Below, piece by piece: positions 19,786 through 26,905 of a DNA stretch of 64,000 bases; positions within the stretch are counted from its first letter, which is position 1, and every line of letters begins with the position of its first letter. Position numbers and translations under genes: made by a program. The notes under the pieces were generated by a model. It did no database searches. It was given only the letters and a program-made list of their open reading frames with translations, and was not told the origin of the DNA. Source of the DNA: Lautropia sp. (GTDB lineage Bacteria; Pseudomonadota; Gammaproteobacteria; Burkholderiales; Burkholderiaceae_E); the NCBI GenBank assembly GCA_030523825.1, contig JAUNHU010000003.1, positions 3,346 through 67,345 on the forward strand, given 5' to 3'.

Positions 19786-19893
19786 CGCTCAAAACTCCAT
19801 GTGAAGGAAAAGAGGCGCCGGGTTCCTTCCGGCCGGGCCGTTCATGCCCCAGCGCCGATGGAAGGCATTCTGGGGGTCGTGCGTCAAGGCCGA

Positions 19894-19925
19894 TTGAAGT
19901 CCATGTAAAGTCCAGGTAAAGGCAG
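19894..19925 (-). promoter_or_regulatory. 11-bp-period direct repeats, CpxR/OmpR-type box
   Basis: ttgaagtccat/GTAAAgtccag/GTAAAggcag, about 110-140 bp upstream of the Spy/CpxP start. Confidence 0.6.
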
Positions 19926-20115
19926 ACAACGGTGTCGTGTTGTTGCGCCAAGCGGCCAGCGGGGGAATTAACCGCAGCCTTGCGGCCCGGTGGTTCTAGA
20001 ATGACAGCCCGATCCGGCTCTCTCTCATCGCCCATGACCGCGTTCCACCCGTGCGGGAAGCTGTCCGTCTCGCCCCGCCGCGAGGCCCAGCCCGTCAAAA
20101 CCACTGCGATTCCCG

Positions 20116-21447
20116 ATGGCCAGCGCTGACTCTCTCGCCATGAGCCCTGCCACGGCCCCGGCTTCCGTGCCGGCCACGCCTTCCGGCCGTGCGGCCGCCT
20201 CGGCAGCCGCAGCGGCCAAGCCCCCGCGCGACCTGCGGCTGGACTTCTTCCGGGGCCTGGCCCTGTGGTTCATCTTCATCGACCACATTCCGTCCAGCAG
20301 CATCGGCCAGATCACTTTCCGCAACTTCGGTTTCAGTGACGCCACCGAGATCTTCGTCTTCATCTCGGGCTACACGGCCGCCATCGTCTATGGCGCAGCG
20401 CTCGACCGCGGCGGCTTCATCTTCATGACGCTGCAGGTGCTCAAGCGCTGCTGGCAGCTCTATGCCGCGCACATCCTGCTGTTCGTCTTCTTCCTGGCGC
20501 AGATATCCTGGGTGGCCACGCGCTTCGGCAATGCCTCCTTCATCGAGGAACTCAACATCACGGCCTTTCTCGATGCGCCGCTGGAATCCATCTTCAGCGC
20601 GCTGATGCTGCACTACCGGCCGGTGAACCTCGACGTGCTGCCCATGTATATTGCGCTGCTGTTCGTGATGCCCCTGCTGCTGGTGATGACCCGTGCATCC
20701 CGGCCGCTCACGCTGCTGCTGTCGATTGCGCTCTGGGTGGGCGTGCAGCAGCGGCAGTGGGCCTTTCCGGTCTACGAAGGCGGCGACACCTGGTTCTTCA
20801 ACCCGCTGGGCTGGCAGCTGATGTTCGTCATCGGCATCCTCTGCGCCTCGCTGCGCGGGCTGAATTCCCCGTGGCTGGCCTGGCGCCCCTGGCTGGCCAC
20901 CGTCGCCGTGCTCTATCTGCTCTTTGCCGGCATCATCGCCGTCGGCTGGCAGGTTCCCGCCATCGACCGCATCACCGAACCGCTGGTGGGCTGGTGGCTC
21001 TACCCCATCGACAAGACCAACCTCGGCTGGGCACGGGTCGTGCACTTCCTGGCCACCGCCTACCTGGTGGCGCACTTCGTGCGGCCGCAATCGCGCTTCC
21101 TGTCGTGGAACATCACCCAGCCCGTCATCCGCTGTGGCCAGCACTCGCTCTACATCTTCTGCCTGGGCATCTCGCTGTCCTTCCTCGCGCACTTCGTGCT
21201 GGTCGAATTCGGCCGCAGCTGGCCGATGCAGTTCACCGTCGTCATCGGCGGTCTGGTGGTGATGACGGCACTGGCCTATCACCTGCACTGGTACCGCATC
21301 CGCACCACGGCCGGCAAGCCCGGCGCAGGCAAGGGGGCGAGTCGACAGGCTGCACCATCCGCACCCGCAGAAACCGCCCCCGCCGCCGGGCACGCACCGG
21401 CTTCCACGCCGGACGCGCAGACCACGTCGCAACCGCACCGAGACTGA
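20116..21447 (+). CDS. opgC: OpgC-family membrane acyltransferase (periplasmic glucan succinylation)
   Basis: RDLRLDFFRGLALWFIFIDH, FGFSDATEIFVFISGY, FNPLGWQ, DKTNL..R..HFL, GQHSL.IF. Start could instead be ATG 20139. Confidence 0.88.
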   Translation: MASADSLAMSPATAPASVPATPSGRAAASAAAAAKPPRDLRLDFFRGLALWFIFIDHIPSSSIGQITFRNFGFSDATEIFVFISGYTAAIVYGAALDRGGFIFMTLQVLKRCWQLYAAHILLFVFFLAQISWVATRFGNASFIEELNITAFLDAPLESIFSALMLHYRPVNLDVLPMYIALLFVMPLLLVMTRASRPLTLLLSIALWVGVQQRQWAFPVYEGGDTWFFNPLGWQLMFVIGILCASLRGLNSPWLAWRPWLATVAVLYLLFAGIIAVGWQVPAIDRITEPLVGWWLYPIDKTNLGWARVVHFLATAYLVAHFVRPQSRFLSWNITQPVIRCGQHSLYIFCLGISLSFLAHFVLVEFGRSWPMQFTVVIGGLVVMTALAYHLHWYRIRTTAGKPGAGKGASRQAAPSAPAETAPAAGHAPASTPDAQTTSQPHRD

Positions 21448-21451
21448 CAGC

Positions 21452-23053
21452 ATGGCCGCCGAGAAGACATCCATCCCGCCCCGCCCCCTCACATCGCTGC
21501 GCACAGTTGCCCGTCCGGCCTCTGCCCTGCTGCTGAGCACGCTGCTGCTCGGCACAGGCTCTTCCTTCGTGCAGGCGCAGACGGCCCAGCCCGGCGAAAG
21601 CGTTCCCGGGGCCGATACCGCCCATGCGCCCACCCCGCCTGCAGGCACAACCAAGGCCAACGCGCCGGACATGATGCCCTCCACACAGGAGGAGGCAGCG
21701 GCGGCAGGCAGTGCAGCAGGCAACACCAGTGCCCCCCCACGACCCGATGCCAGTGCAGACAGCGCGCCTGCACCCCGGCACGACACCACACCGGCAGGCA
21801 ACCCAGCAGCCACCAATGGCACCGCCCCCCGGAACCACGGCCCCGCAGGCAATGCCCCCGCAGGGTCTGGGTCTGGGTCTGGGTGTAGGCGGAGGGCCGG
21901 TAGCGGATGGGCTTGGGCGGCGGCTGGGTCCGGGGCAGGCAAAGACGCGCCCTCGCCAGCCGCGCCCGCCGGGCAGCCTGCACAGGGTGCCCCGCTGCCG
22001 GAAGCATCACCCGGAGCCCCGGCGCAGACGCCGGTCGCTTCGCCAGACTCCGCCCGCCCCGCTGCTCAACCAGATACCTCTGCGGCGGGTTCACCGGCAC
22101 CGGCCGCTGCGCAGCCCGCGCCAGCGACGACAGCGCCGGCCATGCAACAGCCCACTGCCCCTGCCCAGCAGCCTCCCGCAACCGCCGGCCAGCCGGCTGC
22201 CGCACCTCCACGCCCCCTGCCCCCCACCGGCACGCAGCCGGTGCCGTCCGGCAGTGCCTCCGCACGTCTGCCGGCAGCCCCCGACACCACCGATTACAAG
22301 AAGCAGGCCCGCAACTGCGTGGTGCCCGAATCGCTGCTCTCGGCACCAGCCCGCCTGCCCGGCCTCACGGCCGCACTGGTGCGTGGCAAGGGCGACCTGC
22401 TGGTGCTGGTGCTGGGCTCTGAAAGCACCAACCCCAATACCCCCCTGAAAGGCGGACTGGCCGCGCTGCGCAAGTCGGCCCAGCCGAAACAGACTCCTTT
22501 TGCGGCCCGGCTGGAATCGCGCCTCACCTACGACCTGCCCCCCATGCCGAAACGGGCCATCAGGGTCGAATCCATCGGCCGGCGCAACGCCACGGTCGGC
22601 GAGCAGGCCGCCCTCATCGGCAAGCAGGTGCTGCCGCGCAAGCCGGCTCTGGTCATCTGGAACATCGGCCGTGCCGATGCACGACGGGGCATGCCGCCCG
22701 CCCGGATGGCGCGGGCGCTCGACAAGGGACTGGAGCAGCTGCGCAAGCAGAACATCGACACCATCGTGCTCGACCCGCCCTATCACCCGCAGTTCGAGGC
22801 GCTCTACCGCACCGACGACTACCGGCAATATCTGCGCTGGACGATGAACCTGCACGACCAGCCGATGATGCGCCGGCATGACATGATCGACTACTGGGCC
22901 TCGACCGGTCGCATCGACCTCGACTCCGGCGATGCCGGACGGCAGGAAACCGCCGTGGTCTTCACTGAAACCTGCATTGCCTATCAGCTCTCGCGGATGA
23001 TCGACAAGTCGCTGGATCGCGGCATGGCAAGTTCACGCGCCCAGCCGCGGTAA
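21452..23053 (+). CDS. Exported SGNH/GDSL-like hydrolase with long Pro/Ala/Thr linker
   Basis: Signal peptide, about 240-aa low-complexity region, then LVLGSES, KPALVIWNIG.ADA and D.IVLDPPY; starts 4 nt after the opgC stop. Confidence 0.72.
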   Translation: MAAEKTSIPPRPLTSLRTVARPASALLLSTLLLGTGSSFVQAQTAQPGESVPGADTAHAPTPPAGTTKANAPDMMPSTQEEAAAAGSAAGNTSAPPRPDASADSAPAPRHDTTPAGNPAATNGTAPRNHGPAGNAPAGSGSGSGCRRRAGSGWAWAAAGSGAGKDAPSPAAPAGQPAQGAPLPEASPGAPAQTPVASPDSARPAAQPDTSAAGSPAPAAAQPAPATTAPAMQQPTAPAQQPPATAGQPAAAPPRPLPPTGTQPVPSGSASARLPAAPDTTDYKKQARNCVVPESLLSAPARLPGLTAALVRGKGDLLVLVLGSESTNPNTPLKGGLAALRKSAQPKQTPFAARLESRLTYDLPPMPKRAIRVESIGRRNATVGEQAALIGKQVLPRKPALVIWNIGRADARRGMPPARMARALDKGLEQLRKQNIDTIVLDPPYHPQFEALYRTDDYRQYLRWTMNLHDQPMMRRHDMIDYWASTGRIDLDSGDAGRQETAVVFTETCIAYQLSRMIDKSLDRGMASSRAQPR

Positions 23054-23182
23054 GCGCCCCAGCCCCGGATACGCCATCTGCACCGGGGCACCGCGGCGCG
23101 GCACGGCGGCACCTTCTGCCAACCTTCCGACCGCAGCTGCCAGCTCACGACGACAGGAGCGCCCCGCCAGGGGCCCTCCCGC

Positions 23183-24013
23183 TCACTCCGCTTCCAGCAC
23201 GTCTCCCACGCGCAGCTTGCCCGTGTCGGCCCCCGCCGTGATGATGCCGTTGATGCCGAACAGCACGTTCTTGCCTCCCGGGCTCAGGTGATATTCGCGC
23301 AGCGTGCGGGTGGGCTCCTCGCTGAAGCGCCCGGTGGCCAGGTCCAGATTCGGCATCGGGCAGCGCTCGCAGGGCTTCACCAGCCGCAGCGTGTAGTTCT
23401 CGTGGCGCAGGTATTCGATGTCTTCTTCCTCGTAGGGCCCCACGCCGTCGATGACGATGTTGGGCCGGAAGCGGATCATCTCCACCGCCGGCTCGCCCAC
23501 CTTCTCCAGCCGGCGGTTCAGCTCGTCCAGCGATGCACGCGAAGTCACCAGCAGCGGGAATCCGTCGGAAAAATGCGTGATCGCCTCGTCATCACCGGTC
23601 CAGTCGCGGTCGCATACCCGGCGGTAATCGGGATCGAAGCGCAGCACCCGGCACGGGCGGCCCAGAAAAGTGCTGAACCACTGGTTGACCACATCAGGCT
23701 CGACAAAGCCCTCGGCACCGCTGTACCAGACCTGCACCGAAAAACGCTCGGCCGCCTCGAAATCGAAGCCCTGAATGGGCACGTCCAGCGCCAGCATGCC
23801 CGGCGCCTCCAGCCGCAGCTGCCCGAAGCGCAGCGAGGGCTGGATCTTCGCCATGGCAGGCGTATTGCGCTGCGACAGGAACTTGCCGTCGTCGTCGATC
23901 AGCATCCAGTAGCGGTCGAACGCCGGCCCGGTCTCCCACAGATCGACCTCGTCCACCCGGATGGGGGCGCAGGACTTGACGGGATAAATATAGAGATCGG
24001 TAATGGTGATCAT
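23183..24013 (-). CDS. MOSC-domain (molybdenum cofactor-dependent, YcbX/mARC-like) protein
   Basis: LYIYPVKSC, DRYWML, FSDGFPLLV.S.ASL, RFRPNIVI, KPCERC; RBS GGAGGAG. Confidence 0.92.
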   Translation of the reverse strand: MITITDLYIYPVKSCAPIRVDEVDLWETGPAFDRYWMLIDDDGKFLSQRNTPAMAKIQPSLRFGQLRLEAPGMLALDVPIQGFDFEAAERFSVQVWYSGAEGFVEPDVVNQWFSTFLGRPCRVLRFDPDYRRVCDRDWTGDDEAITHFSDGFPLLVTSRASLDELNRRLEKVGEPAVEMIRFRPNIVIDGVGPYEEEDIEYLRHENYTLRLVKPCERCPMPNLDLATGRFSEEPTRTLREYHLSPGGKNVLFGINGIITAGADTGKLRVGDVLEAE

Positions 24014-24101
24014 GGCGCTCCTCCACGGCAGGAAAGGCGCATGATAGCGGCCCATCCGCCGAATGCACACCCACCGGGAAAGCCCCTCCCCCCTTTTTGC
24101 C

Positions 24102-24185
24102 GCGGCGAAATCCACAGCGAAATCTGCGGCAAAACCTGCGGGGAAACCTGCGGCCGAATCAGCGGCAAAACCCCGGGCACAAGCA
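24102..24185. repeat. Degenerate 12-bp tandem repeat (6-7 copies)
   Basis: gcggcgaaatcc/acagcgaaatct/gcggcaaaacct/gcggggaaacct/gcggccgaatca/gcggcaaaaccc/cgggcacaagca. Confidence 0.75.
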
Positions 24186-24201
24186 ATCGCCAGCGCCTTT
24201 A

Positions 24202-24220
24202 TTTAATGAAAATAATTTGC
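24202..24220. promoter_or_regulatory. Putative Fur box
   Basis: TTTAATGAAAATAATTTGC matches 13/19 positions of GATAATGATAATCATTATC (hand count). Confidence 0.45.
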
Positions 24221-24254
24221 GATTAGATTGCCAACATCTATCACACCAAGGGCA

Positions 24255-24268
24255 TTGATTTTCATCAA
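24255..24268 (+). promoter_or_regulatory. FNR/DNR-family binding site, class II promoter of norB
   Basis: Perfect TTGAT-TTTC-ATCAA. An AACAAT -10 at 24291-24296 places the box centre at about -41.5. Confidence 0.85.
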
Positions 24269-24404
24269 GCGCCCTCGTCCTGCCGGCTGTAACAATCGAC
24301 TTGACGTAGTTTCACGCTTATTGACGATCGCCGCGCCCGCCGGGGCAAGCACCGTCATGCCGGCACGAAACACGCATGACAGGCCCTACATTCAGGATAT
24401 TTTC

Positions 24405-26678
24405 ATGAAAGAGTACAAGCGACTTTGGGTGATCCTCGGGATCATCATGATCGGCGCGTTCACGGTGCTCGGTTACTTCGGCAAAGAGGTTTATAACGAG
24501 CGACCGCCGATCCCGGCTGCTTTTGTGAGTGAAGACGGCAAGACCGTCTACACCGAGCAGGACATCTACGACGGCCAGACGGCCTGGCAGAGCATCGGCG
24601 GCATGTCGATCGGTTCGGTCTGGGGCCACGGTGCCTATCAGGCACCCGACTGGACGGCTGACTGGATTCACCGTGAGGTGCTTGGCTGGCTGGATCAGCA
24701 GGCCCAGCGTCAGTACGGCAAGAATTTCGAGCAGCTGTCCGAGCGCGATCAGGCCACGCTGAGCTTCGATTCGACGAAGGCATTCCGCACCAACACCTTC
24801 GATCCGGCCACCAACAAGGTGACGCTGTCGGAAGACCGCATCCGCTCGATCCAGGCGGTGGCGGCCTACTACGACAAGCTGTTCAGCGATCATCCCGACT
24901 TCCAGAAACTGCGTGAAGCCTACGCAATGAAGGAAAACACCCTGGCCGACCCGCAGGCTCGTGCCAAGATGAATGCCTTCTTCTTCTGGTCGGCCTGGGC
25001 TGCATCCACCAACCGTCCGGGTCAGGAAGTCACCTACACCAACAACTGGCCGCACGAGCCGCTCATCGGCAACAAGCCGACGGCGGAAAACGTCATCTGG
25101 TCGATTGCTTCCGTGGTCACGCTCATCTTCGGCGTGGGCATCGTCATCTGGATCTGGGCCTTCTTCACCCACCAGCAGCATGTCGAGGTCGAAGCCCCCC
25201 AGGCTGACCCGCTCACGAAGATCAGGCTCACGCCCTCGCAGAAGTCGCTGGGCAAATACCTGTTCATCGTCGGCATCCTGTTCCTCGTGCAGGTTCTGCT
25301 CGGCGGCTTCACCGCACACTACACGGTCGAAGGTCAGGAGTTCTACGGCATCCCCGTGGCCGACTGGCTGCCCTACACCCTGGTGCGCACCTGGCACGTT
25401 CAGGCATCCATCTTCTGGATCGCCACCGGCTTCCTGGCTGCCGGCCTGTTCCTCGTCCCCATCATCAATGGCGGCAAGGACCCTGCCTACCAGAAACTCG
25501 GCGTCGATGTGCTGTTCTGGGCGCTGATTGTGGTCGTGGCCGGCTCCTTCGGTGGCCAGTTCGTGGCACTCAAGGGCTGGATGGCCTCGCACCTCAACTT
25601 CTGGTTCGGCCACCAGGGCTATGAGTTCGTCGAACTCGGCCGTGTCTGGCAGCTCGCCCTGTTCGTCGGCCTCGTGCTGTGGCTCATCCTGATGCTGCGT
25701 GGCATCTATGCCGCCCTGCGTCAGCCCGGCGACAAGAGCCTGCTGATCCTGTTCACGATGGCAGCCGCCGCCATCGGCATCTTCTATGCCCCGGCGCTGT
25801 TCTACGGTGAGCACACCCACCTGTCCATCATGGAATACTGGCGCTGGTGGGTGGTGCACCTGTGGGTCGAAGGCTTCTTCGAAGTGTTCGCCACCTGCTC
25901 GGTCGCATTCATCTTCTACAACCTGGGCGTGGTCAGCAAGCACACCGCCACCACCGCCAGCCTGCTGTCCGCCATGCTGTTCATGATCGGCGGCATCCCC
26001 GGCACCTTCCACCACCTGTACTTCTCGGGTACCACCACGCCGATCACGGCCGTGGGTGCCATGTTCTCGGCCCTCGAAGTGGTGCCGCTGGTGCTGCTGG
26101 GCTATGACGCCTTCGAGAACTGGACCGTGCAGCACAAGGCCCTGTGGATGCAGCCGATGCGCTGGCCGCTGATGTTCTTCATCTCGGTGTCCTTCTGGAA
26201 CATGGTCGGTGCCGGCGTGTTCGGCTTCCTCATCAACCCGCCGATCTCGCTCTACTACCTGCAGGGCCTCAACACCACGCCAAACCACGGCCACGCCGCG
26301 CTGTTCGGGGTGTACGGCTTCCTGGCGCTGGGCTTCTCGCTGATGGTGCTGCGCTACATCCGTCCGACGCTGGAACTCAACCAGCGCCTGATGATGACCT
26401 GCTTCGTCTGCCTGAACGGTGGTCTGGCCCTGATGCTGTTCACCAGCCTGCTGCCGATCGGCATCATCCAGGCACACGCTGCCATCAGCGTGGGTCTGTG
26501 GTGGGCACGCAGCGCCGAGTTCGTCGAGCAGACCCCGATCATCGACACGCTGCGCTGGGTGCGCACCATCGGCGATCTGGTCTTCATCGTCGGTGCAGCT
26601 GCCTTCGCCTGGCAGGTCATCCTCGGCCTGAAACACAGCGACGCGCAACCGGCTGTCGAGAACTCCCGCTCCGCCTGA
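24405..26678 (+). CDS. norB: Quinol-dependent nitric oxide reductase (qNOR)
   Basis: GSVWGHGAYQAPDWTADW.H, YTNNWPHEPL, WWVVHLWVEGFFEVF, GTFHHLY, HGHAALFGVYG. Confidence 0.97.
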   Translation: MKEYKRLWVILGIIMIGAFTVLGYFGKEVYNERPPIPAAFVSEDGKTVYTEQDIYDGQTAWQSIGGMSIGSVWGHGAYQAPDWTADWIHREVLGWLDQQAQRQYGKNFEQLSERDQATLSFDSTKAFRTNTFDPATNKVTLSEDRIRSIQAVAAYYDKLFSDHPDFQKLREAYAMKENTLADPQARAKMNAFFFWSAWAASTNRPGQEVTYTNNWPHEPLIGNKPTAENVIWSIASVVTLIFGVGIVIWIWAFFTHQQHVEVEAPQADPLTKIRLTPSQKSLGKYLFIVGILFLVQVLLGGFTAHYTVEGQEFYGIPVADWLPYTLVRTWHVQASIFWIATGFLAAGLFLVPIINGGKDPAYQKLGVDVLFWALIVVVAGSFGGQFVALKGWMASHLNFWFGHQGYEFVELGRVWQLALFVGLVLWLILMLRGIYAALRQPGDKSLLILFTMAAAAIGIFYAPALFYGEHTHLSIMEYWRWWVVHLWVEGFFEVFATCSVAFIFYNLGVVSKHTATTASLLSAMLFMIGGIPGTFHHLYFSGTTTPITAVGAMFSALEVVPLVLLGYDAFENWTVQHKALWMQPMRWPLMFFISVSFWNMVGAGVFGFLINPPISLYYLQGLNTTPNHGHAALFGVYGFLALGFSLMVLRYIRPTLELNQRLMMTCFVCLNGGLALMLFTSLLPIGIIQAHAAISVGLWWARSAEFVEQTPIIDTLRWVRTIGDLVFIVGAAAFAWQVILGLKHSDAQPAVENSRSA

Positions 26679-26724
26679 CAGAACAACAGCAACTCCCGGG
26701 CCGATGCCATACCGGCCCACTTCC

Positions 26725-26754
26725 ACGGCATGCCTTCGGGCATGCCGTTTTTTT
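26725..26754 (+). terminator. Intrinsic terminator of norB
   Basis: ACGGCATGCC-TTCG-GGCATGCCGT followed by a T-run. Confidence 0.85.
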
Positions 26755-26905
26755 ATGCAGATTTGCACGGAAATATCCGTGCTTCCCCCGTGCCTTGAAT
26801 CCATTCAACCCGCCGCCCGCCGGACGGCAGCCCACGCCCGCCAGCCCCTCTGGTAGATTCGGGACTTTTCGACACCCGCCACGCGGCAAGGCCCGCAGGA
26901 GCACC

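Noticed and set aside
24102-24185. Possible mini-CRISPR array
   Set aside because: Units are 12 bp, contiguous and spacer-less, and there are no cas genes.
26144-26905. N-terminal 254 aa of the 1257-aa ORF, suggesting a norB-overlapping extension of the M16 peptidase
   Set aside because: It overlaps norB out of frame and crosses its terminator; ATG 26906 has an AGGAG RBS and a signal peptide.
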